From: Lama glama
Lineage: Eukaryota
Assembly (NCBI GenBank): GCA_028534125.1
Contig: CM052817.1
Span: forward strand, 92,444,001 to 92,508,000
Direction of reading: 5' to 3'
Length of the DNA stretch: 64,000 bases
Shown: one piece after another, positions 1-14,045 of the stretch
How positions within the stretch are numbered: the stretch's first letter is position 1
Layout: the number at the start of each line of letters is the position of its first letter
Program-made: the position numbers and the translations under genes
Notes under the pieces: generated by a model
The model's database searches: none
Seen by the model: the letters and a program-made list of their open reading frames with translations, nothing else
Told to the model about the DNA's origin: nothing

Positions 1-283
1 AGTCAGTAAAGACATCTCATTGTCTTAGAATTTTGTGTATTTGTTGCCTTTTTAAAGTCTACTGTTCTTTATATCAATCTTTTGAATTGGAATAAGTATG
101 TTACATTTTTTAGGATAATTGAAAAGTTCTTTAAATACAGCCTTCACTGAGCCTATGATTTGTCTACAAAAGTTGCTTAGTTGAAAGCGTTCAAGTTACT
201 AGTACATCAGCTATGAGAAGGAAAATGTCTTGGTAAATGAAGAGCATCACTATTATTTGTAATATGGAAGCATATTTGTACAG

Positions 284-417
284 CTTTGGAATCTTCTAAT
301 GCCCACGAAAAAGTTGAAGGCCAGAATCTCCAAGCAGTGGGCTGACATTGGTTTCCAGGGTGATGATCCCAAAACAGACTTCAGAGGCATGGGCCTGCTT
401 GGATTAATCAATCTTGT
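284..417 (+). CDS. ELMOD2: ELMOD2 internal coding exon (ELMO/Arf-GAP motif)
   Basis: cag|CTTTGG...CTTGT|gtaagt; encodes LWNLLMPTKKLKARISKQWADIGFQGDDPKTDFRGMGLLGLINLV, with the WxxxGFQxxxPxTDFR GAP motif and catalytic Arg. 134 nt. Confidence 0.96.
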
Positions 418-2524
418 GTAAGTGAAAATAAACTTTCTTTTCTTCTGTAAATGAAATTACATGTAATCTCCAATCTTGTTAAATTCTAGTAAGAATTAAT
501 CCAGTTGTTTCATACTTTCTCTGAATTTTAATAGCTGTTGTGCTTAAAGTATTTACTAATGTGCTGGCAACAATATGAAGACGTTGACCACATACTTTGT
601 GTGTGTGTGACTGCTTTACTTACCAATAACTTTCCTCTTTCTTTCTCTTCCTGACCTCCTTTCTGATGCCTTTTAAGGGACTATGTGTACTCTCTTCTCA
701 CTCTTTTTATCCTCCTGCCTCTTCTCTCTTGGCTCTCTGATTCTACTTAGGAGATATAACCAGAGATGATAATAAAGCCTCTTCACACTTATTCTTTGCC
801 ATCTGTGATGAGTGATCTACATCTCACTTTTCAGAGGCCATATGAGCTCCCTCTTTTTTTTTCTCTTTAATACTTATGCTTGGGCACACATATGAAATCT
901 CAAAATATGCAACTAAAATCAGAATTGATAGTCAAAACTGTTTTAGAAAATAAACTGTAAGGTTAATATGGATATGAATATGCAGATGGAGAGATTCTAG
1001 TGTTTGGGTCTATCCTTGAATTGTGATTTATAGACTCTACAGTACCTAGAATGGAAACCCTAGCCATTAACAAAGTTTGAATAATTGTTACTATGAAAAA
1101 ATTAATCCTGAAACTGAGCTAGATTATGTTAATATTGAGGAAAAATACCTAGGTCAGTAGGGATAAGGGTGTTGTGGGGCAAAATAGAAGATACAGTAGG
1201 GCTTCACCATCTATAATTATTTTTAATTATAAAAGTATTTAATTTTCCATGATACCTAAGTTTATGAGTATGAAAATTCCTTGTATGTCTACTTCTCAAA
1301 GATAAAACCCAGTAGTCTTAATAATTATAATTACAAAAATGAGATTGCCAGTTTTCCACTTTGATAAACAGAAACTACCATTCGGAATTTAAGTAGAATA
1401 AATGCAATGTGTTTTCACTTGGAAAAATTATAAAGTATTTTAAAATTCATTGTTCAGAACATATTGATCTTTTGTTCTTAGCCTTTAAAGACCATCTTTC
1501 TTCTTGGTACTTGTAACTACACAGATAATTGAACCTCAATTAGATACACATTCTTCTGGTGTTTCCTTTCTTAACTTTTGCTGAGTAACCTTGCTTTTGG
1601 CTCGTTTCCTCAGAAATCAAGATTTCTCAGCGTTTACTAGAAGAGAATTTAATTTAGCTTAAAATTTAAATAACTGACAGGATTTCATTCAAGACTCCGG
1701 TAAGGGATTCTGATAGATCTTTAAATGCTTTACAAGATTTTTACTCTATTTAGAGCTAGTATCTACTAACTTGAAAAATGACCAGAATTCAGATGTATTA
1801 TTTGATTGCCATTGATGTACTAGAGATGGTTGAAAACATAAAACTAGCTCTAATTCCTCTCTGACTATTTTTGTTCTGTGTATGGAGCTATGACTCTTCA
1901 GGGTCAAAATAAAGATACAGTCAAGAAGCAGGAGAGCTGTTCAGACACCCTTACATAATGAATTTTAAAAATTTCTTGGCCTTTGTCATCAAATCTCTTG
2001 AAATTTTTGTGGCTTTAAAGGATAGCTGGTAGTTTGATAGATAACCATGCTAGTGAATGCTGAGGCAGGTGTAGAAGCAAAGAGGATATTGTACAGAAAA
2101 ATTAATTCAAGAGATATTAGAAAAACCTAAATAGATGAGGAAATAGAAGCAGAAAGTAAAATATACAAGTTAAGGCCAAAAATGTTATATAGGACAGGAG
2201 AGAGGGTAAAAAGGAAGAAGGAGAAGGGAAGAAAGAAGGAAAATAAGTCATTCCAGGTGATTGTAAGGAATACGCTTCCTTGCTGCATACGTGCTTGTTT
2301 TCCTTAGACACTGTTAAGATAGGGGCTCAGCAAGGAAATTAAAAGTTTTACAGACTGAATATTTTTAAGGTAGCTTGATTATTGAAATAATGATGTAAAA
2401 CCGAATTGTATTAGGAGTATCATGTAAAAAAATTAAATATAGTCTATTTACTAAGGGCATTTTAGAGCCAGACTAGGAATAAAGTAGACAATTAGAGCAT
2501 GTGAAGACAGCATGGCACTAAAAC

Positions 2525-2697
2525 AGGACGTTTTTCTGTTTGGGGATTTACAGGTCCCCTGTGAGAATCTGATGAAAGTTGTGTATATTCTTTGCCTGGA
2601 AAATGTACACACAGAAAAATGTATGAATAAATTTAAGGTGGTTCATGGATCCCCTTTTATTCATGAATGATCCTTTATTCGTGGGCTTCTAAGTTAA
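2525..2697. mobile_element. Old hAT-Charlie-type MITE fragment
   Basis: ggtcccctgtgagaatctgatgaaag...aaaatgtacacac...ttcatggatcccc resembles MER/Charlie consensus; subfamily uncertain. Confidence 0.45.
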
Positions 2698-3391
2698 TAT
2701 ACGCTGTTTTAATGGGCTGAAAATCAGAGCAGTGATGAAAAAATGGAAGTCTGTGGTGTTAATCTACAGAAGGAGAAATAGAGAAGGAACATTTAGTTAG
2801 AAATTTCTATGCTTCATGAAAATTTCAATGATTATGCCCTTTAAAATTTAAATAAACCACAGAAATCCATGTTTTACTCTACTTGTTATTCTTACATAAA
2901 CATGCGGTCAGTCTTTTGTGTATGAGTATCAGTGCCTTATGAGGAGATTCCAAGTGTGAACGGAAGATTTGATGCCTAGCTTGAAGAACTCAGAGGTTGC
3001 ATTAGTTTATTAGTATTAGGATATATGAACCTACAAATAGCTTTATATATTTCTCTGTTGTACCAGCTGATACTTCTGTTTTATGGCCAGTGTTTTAGTT
3101 ACGTAACGTAGAAGGAATGTTAATGACTTTCTTCTGATTGCACTGTCAGTAGCATTAAACAATACAGATATAAACTGCAACAGAAGGAATAAGCTCAGGT
3201 GAAAGGAAGTGTCCCAACAGGTACACGATGACTATTTTATAGAAAATTTAGAACAAACAAATGGAAGTCTAAATTTTTTTTAAGGCAGATAAAAAGTCTC
3301 TTGTTAGACCACTTGTTTGTCAGAATACTTCAAAGTCTAGCCAAGGGCCTATGTCCCATACTAGATAGGCCTGATAGCTCAGAATTAAGTT

Positions 3392-3499
3392 GTGTTTTTC
3401 ATTTTTTTACTGAAGTATAGTCAATTTACAATATTGTGTCAATTTCTGGTGTGCAGCATGTTTCAGTCATACATATACACACATATATTCATTTTTGTA
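3392..3499 (-). mobile_element. 5'-truncated L1 3' end with 11-bp TSD
   Basis: T-tract then tgaagtatagtcaatttacaatattgtgtcaatttctggtgtgcagca; agaattaagtt at 3381-3391 and 3500-3510. Confidence 0.8.
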
Positions 3500-3670
3500 A
3501 GAATTAAGTTTTGATTCAGAAGCATCTCTAGTCATTGAAGTGGTTTGAGATGGAGATCAGGATGATTTGGCAGTAGGACTGTCATTTTGACAGTAGCTTT
3601 TAAAATTGCTTCTGGATGTCTTCAATTTGAATGACATGTTAATTTCATTATTTTTCTCAAAATTTTTCAG

Positions 3671-3739
3671 ATATTTCAGTGAAAATTATACCAGTGAAGC
3701 TCATCAGATTCTTTCCCGTTCAAATCATCCAAAATTAGG
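3671..3739 (+). CDS. ELMOD2: ELMOD2 internal coding exon
   Basis: ttttcag|ATATTTC...TTAGG|gtaagc; YFSENYTSEAHQILSRSNHPKLG; 69 nt, phase fits both neighbours. Confidence 0.96.
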
Positions 3740-4526
3740 GTAAGCTGGATATATTAAAGAAACTGTAAGCTCATAAATTTAAGTTGATTAGAGGATCTGA
3801 ATTTGAAACTATCTCAAGGTATTTTTAAAGTGAGATTTTAATTAATAAGAACTTTATAAAGGCTATTACATGATATATTATTTTTAAGGCTGAGTGTGAT
3901 CATAAACCAATTTTGGATGTATTTCAGTATATTTTTAGCACAAGATATAGTCTATAAAATAGATATAAGGACCTTATAAAAATTTTTCTGAGAAACATTT
4001 AAAAATAGAAAGAGGAAACAGCTTTGAAATAGGAATAGGAAAATGAGAAATAGCTTTGAAACTTGTAAAGCAAAATGCAAATTGAGGTCATATTATTAGT
4101 CTTACCATTTTTTTTTATATTCCAGTGATCCCTATCTTTGAAAAAATATCACACAACACTATTTCATCATAAAAATAAATACTCAGATAATGGAGGAGGA
4201 AATGTCAGATTACCCAATGTATTTTAGAAATCAGTGAGAGTGTATGTAGTACTCTTTAATTTTTTGTAAGGCTTTTGGTTCTAGATATTCATGTGACCAG
4301 AGCTTTATTTTTATTTCTTAGATTATATCCAGAAAATCAACAGCCTCTAAAGAACAGAATTTTTCATCTGTTCTGGTTTACTTTCTTAATATGTAGAGAT
4401 TATTGTGAAATCAGTACTGTGTTAGAAATGGATCAGAATAACTTTTTACTAATTCCTTGCATAATTTAGAATTTACTTTATGAGCTATTTGGCTAGCTGG
4501 TATAACTGATCATATTTCTGACATAG

Positions 4527-4660
4527 GTATTCTTATGCAATAGTTGGAATCAATCTTACAGAGATGGCTTATAGCTTGCTGAAGAGTGATGCTTTGAAAT
4601 TTCACCTCTATAACTTTGTTCCTGGAATGCCAACAATGGAACACTTTCATCAGTTTTATT
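4527..4660 (+). CDS. ELMOD2: ELMOD2 penultimate coding exon
   Basis: catag|GTATTCT...TTTTATT|gtgagt; YSYAIVGINLTEMAYSLLKSDALKFHLYNFVPGMPTMEHFHQFY; 134 nt. Confidence 0.96.
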
Positions 4661-6723
4661 GTGAGTATTAAAATGAGTTTAATGTGAGTATTAAAATAAA
4701 AATATCTCTAAGAGAATTTTTAAATCATTAGGAAAGTAAAATGTATAATATGTGCTGCTATCAAATGTATAACTTATGCTTATCATTTTATTATTTAGGA
4801 TCTTTGAAAAACTGGAAAATAATGGAAGATTATCCAAGAGTGTTTTGTATTTCAGTTTATATATTTGCTAATTTAAAAACTTCAGTGAGGCAGTTTTTTA
4901 CATGTATGCAAATGTAGGATTTACGCAGTTTTTCTGTGGACATCCTTTTTCCTGTCAACTATAAAGTGACTTTTTCTTCTTGTGTACTGGTTAGTGAATG
5001 CTGTGAGTCAAGGATAGATCATTTGGTTACTCTTGTGAGGGATTTAATTTAAAGGAGCTTCTCACACATATTCTCCCCACCCCACACCACCTTATTTCAA
5101 GGCCAGGTTTTCTTGTGGTAAGTTACTTAATAACTTTTCCTAAAGCAATCATATCACCACTATTCCATTAACTTTTATTGTGATGTTTGATCCCTGAAGT
5201 TTTAATTGAATAAACCCATTTTCTGAAGATATTGCTCAGAGGCAAAGAATTCATACCTAGCTTGGCTTCATATTCTACTTTTTCTTGATCTTTTTGTGTC
5301 TTTAGAAGGTTTTTTGCATGTTGGTAGGATATAGGAAAGCACTTAGATAATAAGTGGCCAGACCATAACTTCTTCAGCTCCATTCTTGAAGGAGTCATCC
5401 AGGTCTCTCTTTCTCACAACCACCTCTGCCCTTACTTAATCTTTAATTCTGGGTTTGTCTAAATCCTAAATTTCTCTTGCATTTGTCTGCTTTTGCCCAT
5501 TCCCATTGTAACTGCACAACATTAGGCCTTTGTTACTAGGTTACTGTAATAATCTTTTCCCCAGTCTTTCAATGATGACCCTCTTCTAGATCTCCATACT
5601 GAAGGTATAGTTACTTAAAATGAAAATCTAGTCACTTTCTTTCATCTCGTTGCTGGGAACTGGTCCCTATACTAGTCTTGTTTGATTTCCTCTCCTAAAT
5701 CTCTCACTGACTTTTAGCACAGTGCCTAAACTCCCGGGACTTTGCTAACTGCCTCCAGATATTTGTTGTCTCCACAAAATACATGCTTGTGTAATGCTGC
5801 CCATCAAACATAAAGCAAGTATAAAAATAAACAAGCAAAAAACTCCTCCCCCCCAAATTAAGCATTTTATTATATTTACATAAATATAGGAGAGTGATAG
5901 GTAGAAAAGCAGTACAAAATGATCTCTGTCCTGTAATTCTTCCCCCTGCAAATGGGTAACTGGGACATCTTTGGGCGCTGTTGCTTCTAGTGCCCTCAAC
6001 ACCAACATGGTTTGGCTCCTGACTAGGAGGAGCATCAAAGTAATATCTGAGATTGAAAGGTCATTATAGGACCTTCTCAGTTGCCTTGTTTCTGTCAGTC
6101 AGATCCACAAGAGCTGTGGGTCATCCTGGAAACAGTGAAGCTTATGTTTTTCAAATTTCTTAAAACATTTAAAGCAAAAACACAGACACACACGTAGACA
6201 CACACACATCCATTATTTATGCAGTAGTTCCCCCTCCACCCACAAATTGATTTTTATACCCTTTACCAGTAAAGTTTCATGTCTTAATTAAGCCTCTGCT
6301 TTTCTTAGAAGAGGCCTATTTTCTAACTAGAAAATAGTATGAAAACCTAATTTTTTGAACAGACATACCCTTTTTTGTTGAGGGACTGAGCCCAATTCAT
6401 TTGTACAGATCTGTTCCAAGGTCATAGTTTCTGTCCAGAAGAAAGAGCTAAAAAGAGATTAGTTTTCACAGTTTTTATTTCCCTGTGATCTGTCTCCATT
6501 TCCCCTTTCCCCCTTTATCCCTCCTGCCATTTTGTTGTTGTTGTTCTCTGTGGGCAAGACTGGATGCAGTGAGTGGTAATGTAGCTTCTTGGCTCCATCA
6601 TCACCTTGTGTACATCTGATATGTAAGCAGATAGTCACTCATCCTGGGAAGTCACTGACCATTGGTTTGGTGCTTCCAAAAAAATAATACCTCAAATTTG
6701 TATAACAAAAAGTTATGACTAGT

Positions 6724-6900
6724 AACAACTTTACTGAGGTATAATTTATAAACCATAAAATTTACCTAGTTTAAGTGTACAATTCAGTGAGTTTTAATAA
6801 ATTTACTAAGTTATACAACCGTTACCATAATCCAGTTTTAAAGCATTTTTACCACCCCAGTAAGATCCCTCACACCAGGTTACAGTTAATCCCTGTTTCT
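6724..6900 (-). mobile_element. Old L1M 3' end
   Basis: ctttactgaggtataatttata...aagtgtacaattcagtgagtttt, typical antisense L1MB/MC 3' end. Confidence 0.75.
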
Positions 6901-8059
6901 TTGGTTCTCCTATTTTTAATCCCTGTCAGAAAACCTGAAATTCTCCTGGGGCTTTGATTAGGGGCAGTAGAAGCATATAGGGCATTTTAAGTTTAGAAAT
7001 TTTGTTTGGTGTTTCTACTAAGTCTGATGTTTTAAACCTCTTAGAGTCAAAAGGACAATAGATGTGCTTTATGGAAACAACTCTTTTCTGTCACTTTCTG
7101 CAAAGCTTTAGGAGTTTTATGCCATGTATGGGCCTGCCAGCATTCTAGAATTTTGGTATTATCTCTTGTAGTTTCCTGAGGTCTCATTAAATCAACTTAA
7201 CCATTACAGTCTCAGTTTTTTGATTCAGTCTTTTTCTGACACCAATTTACATTTTAACAACTTCACTCTGAAGCAAGTAATTTCTGATATTTTACTGTTG
7301 AGTTTATTCCAGACCTGTATCATCATTTGAATAGGTAATGAAAAGCAATTTAAAGGACTTAAAAGAATGGTAAAGAGCTAAAGCTGATAGCCAGAAATAC
7401 TAAAACAAATTGTATTCTATAAAATTTAGGTGGATGTTTGACTTTTCATACTACCTAGAACATTACTTTCCAAAGTTTTTAATTGTAAATCCCTATCAGT
7501 GTATTGGGCATGGGGGTAGGGGAGACCACAAACTCCATCCAAACCTGGATTAGTAATTTCTATAGATGTACTATTGTCCTGATGTATACATAAAATAAAT
7601 TTAGAATGAAATAAATATTTAAAGTATTAGTTAAAAATAATTACAAGATTAGCATTCTCAGCTTGTCTTTTGGGAACAGGAAGCAGATGGCACCCCTCTG
7701 CTCAAAGAGGCCTTATTCTTTGATTTTGTCACATGTCCTGGTTGATAAAAATCCATTTTATCATATATCAGGGGATTAATCTGAACTCTCTCTTAAGTTG
7801 ACCTTATGAAGTCATATTTCAGTGTTGAAATGTCATGGTTCTTAACTGTTAATGTTTGCTTTAGGACTAATGTTTTCAAATGGATTTTCCATTCATTTCA
7901 TACTAGGCTATTATGATAGTCTAGCCACACTTCTGTGTAAGGTCACTGGCTTTATCCCCCTGTTTATCTGAACTAAATCATTTCTATCCCTTCTTGAACA
8001 GCCTTTCAGAAGGGGGAATGAGATTCTGATGGAAACAAAGTCTAATTTATAACATAATA

Positions 8060-8215
8060 GAGACCACTTGCAAACTATGTGATTTGAGCAAGTCATTTAA
8101 CCTCTTTTGCTTCTCTGTTTCCTCTTTGCAAAAATGGGGATTATACCATAGTGCATCACAAGATTGCTGTGAGAGTGAATGAGCATATGGCGAGGACTGT
8201 AGTAGCATTTGTTAA
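8060..8215 (+). mobile_element. MIR SINE
   Basis: MIR core tgtgatttgagcaagtcatttaacctc...tttcctctttgcaaaaatgggga. Confidence 0.7.
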
Positions 8216-8852
8216 ATAATTAAATTCATACATTTGGTTGAATCCAAATAAGGTTTAGGAGTGCTTTTAAAATTCACATTTTTTTTGTTGTGGTAAATAT
8301 GTCTATTTATGTATTTATTTTCATTAAATGCTTTTAACTGAGCATTAATTTAACTACTGTAATAAGGATATTGAAAAAATATTAAGCGTATTTAGAGTTC
8401 ATGTATTCTTTTTTTAAAGAGACAGTGCTGATAGTTCATTGAACAAAGCAGAAATGACTCAGATTTATAAATCAAGTAGAAAACAGCGCCTCTGTACTTC
8501 ACCCTCGTCCAACATTTTTTTGTAGTTTCAGGCTTCTAGGGATAACTTTTTTTCCTATTCTCAAGATATCCTTTGACAGTATCTCTTAAATTTAAGGGAT
8601 TTTGTTGACTTTTTGAGACAAAGAGTAAATGTTCACTAGATATGTTATTGAAATTGCTATTTATCTTGAACATACAAAAATATTTCCTATGAAGTTCCTC
8701 AGGTTTATAGTAGTTTAATATGGTTTCTGATTATTGAATCTTAATATGGAATTTAAAGGATGGTTATATACTTTTGAAATGAGATGGTTGGATGTGATTT
8801 CCCTATTGAGCACTATATTTGTGTGTATGTGTTTCTTTTCTTTTAACTGCAG

Positions 8853-8998
8853 GTTATCTTGTCTATGAATTTGACAAGTTTTGGTTTGAAGAAAAACCAG
8901 AAAGCATTATGTATTTCAACGTGTATAGAGAGAAATTTCATGAAAAGATTAAAGGACTCTTACTGGATTGTAATGTATCACTTACTTTAAACATATGA
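8853..8998 (+). CDS. ELMOD2: ELMOD2 last coding exon
   Basis: ctgcag|GTTATCTT...ATATGA; (C)YLVYEFDKFWFEEKPESIMYFNVYREKFHEKIKGLLLDCNVSLTLNI*. Confidence 0.96.
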
Positions 8999-11900
8999 AT
9001 CATCTGTAGTATCTTCTATTTTTACCACATTTTGCACACATGACAGAATTTATATGTTGTAATAGAAATTATCCGATCAATTACACTCCTTATATATAAT
9101 TTCTTACAAAAATATTTCAGAAATTCTATTTAAGAAAGCTAGTGGACAATCAGTGTATGTTTACACTTGTTTATACACTGTCCTCCAAAGGTACCTTATT
9201 CTTCCAAAGATCCTCTCTGTAGAGTCATGTGAACTACAGTTTGGAACTTGGGACTTAGCCCATTTAGTATAAAAGTACAAATCAGGTATTTATAGAATTG
9301 GTTGATTAAAATGTGTAAAAATCAATTTTAATTTTTATATGTTGTAGCTATGAAGTTGGTATCTTTTCAAAGCTCTGTTACGATTTTTTGTTTTTTAGTC
9401 TGGAAATGATTGTTTTTTATTTTCTTTGTCTTATTTTATTTCTGAGTTAATAGAATAGTTCATGGTCTTCTTTCTTTGCATCTCAATCACACATCATAAT
9501 GTCTCCTTAGTAGGAGCAACAAGAGCATATAGAAATATCAGAGAAGACAAAGAATTATAGCCTCTTTTTTGGTTTCTCTGATAATTTCGTGTAATAGATA
9601 ACCAGAGAATGACAGTATTGATGATTACCTTTTTTTTTTTAATACCACACTTTAAAATATCACAGTGTTATTTTAAAGCTTAAAGTCATTTTCTCATCTT
9701 CAGCATTTGCTTTTTATCAGTTAAAGAACCTTAGTGCTTGGTGTCAGGGCCTTTTAATGAGGCTTTCCTATATGTTTATGAAAAGAGATGCATTTGCTAA
9801 GAAAATCTTGATTGTATTCAAAGGACAGGTGCTAGTTCAATAAAGCTGTGTTGGAATTTTAACAAGAGGAAAACAAAGCTTTTTAAATATCTCAGTTAAA
9901 CATCAGTTGGTTCATTTTACTTGCTGTTAAGTCTTGCTTTTCTTTGCTTTGACTCCACTGGGTTTCTAGGTAATGATGAGTGGACTTTGTGGGTATCCTT
10001 CGAGTTAACAGTCTGTGGGATTCCACAGTAGCCTGAGGATGATGACTGTGCATTTTGTGTAGCTTTATACCCCCAAAACCTCAGGAGAGCAAGTGCTGTC
10101 AAGGGTTATATAGTGATGAGATTCTAATGGGAACGAGTTCTTCTTTGTGTGTTTTAGACATTTGTAGTCATAGCAAAACTAAAAGAGTTTAAAGATAGGT
10201 TCATCTGATTACTTAATTCTCCTTAAATCCTACAGAAACCAGCCTATTAAACACATAATTTAATCTAAAACATCACAGTTAGCACACCTTTAAGGTGGTA
10301 TATATCAGGTGTTGAAGGACTGTCTTTTATGTGACAAAGCAAGACCTGAGACTTTCAAGTATTTGTTCATGTCTATCGATATACCTCTCTCTTCAAACCT
10401 GCCAAGGAGAAGAGTGGTTAAAAAAAAATCCTACTGGAAAATAACAGATGCAGTGTTGTTGAGCACATATATTAAAAGTGCATGCATTAAAATTCTTATT
10501 TTCTTAACAAGATAAAACTTTAAAATTGGGCTCATTTTATTACAATAGTGGTAGTTTAGCTTTTCAGTATTATAGGAATTTTAAAACTGGTTTCTTGTAG
10601 GAGACTTCTCAACCTTGTGAGTATCTTAACTTAGTTTCTTTAAATGTTTTCTATGTTTTATCATCCAGCTAGAGTTCTGTGAAATAAGGATCAGGTACTA
10701 ACCATTAAAGTTCATTTTATCCAAATGTTTACTATTACATGGAAAGCAGTTTTGTTAGTCTTCTAATTTTTGTTTAGAAAATACTTATCTTTTATGTTTT
10801 AATCTTTTAACAGATGAGGTCTTGAACTGATTTAAACCTTGTCAGTGTCCTTAATAAAAGAATGTTTCAAGTAGGGAAGAGGAAACTTTTCAATTAAGTT
10901 CTCCCCTTCTATGGAAAAATAAAACTTTTTAGTAATGTTTTTTAAATGTCATTAGAAATTTTGCTCAATAATATGTTTTCTAAGTCCACCTCTGTTTGTA
11001 TAAATAGATATTGTTCTGTTTTTGCTTAAAATAATTAGTAACCATTTCAAATAGTTCTGTAGTAAACTGGTAGTAAAAGCCACCAACAGATTCTAAGGTT
11101 TGATAGTCTGGAAGCCAAGTGTCACCAGTTGTAAATTAGAATGTAACATGAGCCTTCTGACTTTTATGTGATAGTGATGTACATGAAAAGAAAAATGTGG
11201 TAATTGTGTCTGCCTTCCTACTTTTCCTTGCTTTCAACATATGTATGTTAGAATTTTAGGTAGTCTAAAAATCCATAAACAAAATCTTAGACCTGTTTCT
11301 ATAATAATTAATAAAATACCAAAGTAGTGATAGACTTGAAGTAGCAGGAAAATTGTTTTAGCATCAAAAAAGTGCATCAGTGTTGAAATGAATTTTTGTA
11401 TGTGCCAGACTGAAGAGTCTACCAGTGACAAAAATAGTCTAAGAATATAATTACAGTGGCTGTAGTTCAAATACGTTCTGAAAGACAATCTTTAAAGAAA
11501 CGAGAGAAATCAGGGGATATCAGTGAACCTAGACCAACCCCTCTTTGTATATAAATGTGGTGATAGAGTTAGATAGAAACTCAGTGTCTTGCTAGCACCA
11601 CTTACAATTTGGAAAACAGAATCGTTTTCTTAAAAATGCCCTTCCTGACTTTTTTCTATTTTAGGAGCTGCTTGGATTTGTATGTATTTTTCTATGTGAG
11701 AATATATGTACTCTTCATTTTTATTCCAGTGTTCATGATTGTTTATGTACCATTTCTCCCCTTTGCATTCAGTGAAACAGAACTTGGTCAAAGATTTGCT
11801 CAAAGGAGAAGCATTACATGAGTGTGAAAGTGGAATGTTCATTTCTTGAGCAGAAAAGACTGCATGTTGTCTTGGCACAGAAGAGAAGTTTGGCTTGGAG

Positions 11901-12390
11901 GGCAATAATGTTTACTCTTATTCTTGAATTAATGATTGGGGAACAGCAGCTACTTTCTAAGGACAAATAGTCCAGCCCACATCTGGGGAGGCTTAATTTC
12001 CACTTTCATATTTATGCACCTCTCCACACAAGCAGTTTTTTTTAATTAAGATTAATGGAATTGGTAAAAATCTGAGAGAACACATGAGCGAGCTTTTTTC
12101 CCCCTGGCTTCAGCTTTGGATAAGGAAAATGTCAAATGTAATGCAGGTGAGACCCAGCTACTACATCACTGTTATAGGGCAAGTCTATGTTTCTGCTAAA
12201 CAAAAGTATTCAAAAAATATTTAAGCAGTAGCTTTCCCTGGGGGAAAGAGTGCTGGTTGGCAACTTAAAGAAATAGATTTTTGTCTACTTTGGATAAAGC
12301 AATTAACTTCTTATGTAAAAGCAATAGTTGAAATGTGATGTCACTTTGTTCGGAATGTTGTGAGCAAATAAAAACACGTTGAAATTGCTA
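8999..12390 (+). other. ELMOD2: ELMOD2 3' UTR (end approximate)
   Basis: AT-rich and apparently repeat-free after the stop; AATAAA at 9839, 10853, 10918 and 12367, the last followed by pyrimidine-rich sequence. Confidence 0.6.
12367..12372 (+). terminator. Probable distal poly(A) signal of ELMOD2
   Basis: AATAAA with a downstream T/C-rich tract, near the end of the repeat-free block. Confidence 0.5.
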
Positions 12391-12879
12391 TAAGCCTTTC
12401 TGTTAATACTTCTGCTCTCTTCCCATCTTCCCCGTCCTTTATTTAAGTCATTTATGTTCATGAAATAATACTTTTCTTATTTGATCCTTTAATCATGTTC
12501 CTATAGAGTAAGTCAGAATATAGATACTGTTAAAATTTTTGTGACTTTAACTCTCCACCAATTACCCATTTAAGATGTTACTGGATAAGAGCAGTTGGTT
12601 ATGAGACCAGAAAAGAAACCACCGCCCTACTCCCTCATTCTTAGAAAGGATAGGAGTATTCATACAGTACGGCAGTTTGTTTTTCTGAACTTTACAATGT
12701 ATCAAAGATCTATTTTTATATTAACACATAGCTTCCTTATTCTGTTTTTTTACAGCTGCAAAGCATTCCAGTGTGTGTGTGTTTGTGTATCTAATTTTGA
12801 ACTAAATAAAAAATACTACATATGGAACTGGCTGGGTACAACTAAAGCAGTACTTATTATAGTTAGTACTAATTATAAT

Positions 12880-13095
12880 TTTAAATGTATATTAGAAAAA
12901 AGAAGAGCTTAAAATGAAAGACAAAGCAAGGAGTTTGATGGGGAAGTACAAAATAAACTTGAAGAAAATAGAGAAGGAAATGTTAAAAACAACAGCTTAG
13001 ATGCATGAAAAAGAAAACATGCACACAACAAAAATAAAGGATCAACAAAAATAAAATGTTGTTTGAAAAGACTAACAGTATTGATAAACACTGAG
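12880..13095 (+). mobile_element. Degraded L1 ORF2 fragment
   Basis: A-rich segment ending gttgtttgaaaagactaacagtattgataaac, like the L1 'WFFEKINKIDKP' region. Confidence 0.55.
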
Positions 13096-13221
13096 GCTCC
13101 TGACTAAAATTTGGTCAAGGGGGAACAACTTGTCACTACTGCCCATGGCCAGACCAGGGTCCCAGCAAAGAAATGAAATTTTATGTTTCCTTCCTTGTTC
13201 TTGAAACATGCTACTCTAAGG

Positions 13222-13670
13222 CTGTGGTTGGCCTTAGTTTAGATTCTCCCAGAGTCAGCCGGCAAAACAAGGATTGTAGTTCATTTGGGAGGTGACCCCA
13301 GGAAACCCTGGTGAGAGAGTGTGGAACTGAACGAGGGACTTGAAGTCATCCCCTAAGCGGGGTCTGAGGTAGGCAAAATACCACTCTGCCACTGGATTTC
13401 GACCCCTGAGAGGAATGCCACCTGACAGCAAGGGGCCTGAGATACTCACACCAACTCCCGCCAGTTACTGGTCAAGGGCTGCTCCCAGGGGTGTGTTACT
13501 TTCCCTGCTCTTCTAGTGCCCCATGCACAGGTGGGCAGGGATGTCTCCAGTGGCCAGAAGACCCTAAAAAATACAGGTGCTGACATGTTGACAAGAAGTC
13601 AAGCCAGCGGGCACTAAAGTGGTCTGAGCAAAGTGATACCTGCAGCACACAATGTCTGCTGCAAGACACA
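13222..13670. mobile_element. MLT1 (ERVL-MaLR) solo LTR
   Basis: tagttcatttgggaggtgaccccaggaaac...caccaactccc...gggctgctcccagggg motifs of old MLT1 LTRs. Confidence 0.7.
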
Positions 13671-14039
13671 TTCACGGTTAACACTGTAACAACTGGCTTT
13701 GCTGGAAAGATGCCATGAAGATTCATTTTCATCTCAGGCTGTTCCTCTAACCAAAGGAACTTTCTAGCTCTAAACTCCTGTGATTCTAGGACAAATACAA
13801 TGACTCTAATAACAACAATGCCCAAATGAATATGGTGTCTTAGATGAGAGGTTGTCTTAGATGCCATAAAATAAACTCTAAAAATTAAAAATATGTACTT
13901 AATAACATTTAAAGTAAGTTTATGCCTATTGATTCTAAAGACCTTCCCTTGCTGTTTGGGCAATTTTATAATCTAGGTGAACTTCAACTCTTACATTCAC
14001 TATAGACCCAAACGACAAACTAAAAGGTATTTGCAATAC

Positions 14040-14045
14040 TTTATT
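14040..14045 (-). terminator. Probable UCP1 poly(A) signal
   Basis: tttatt on + (AATAAA on -), ~440 nt downstream of the UCP1 stop. Confidence 0.6.
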
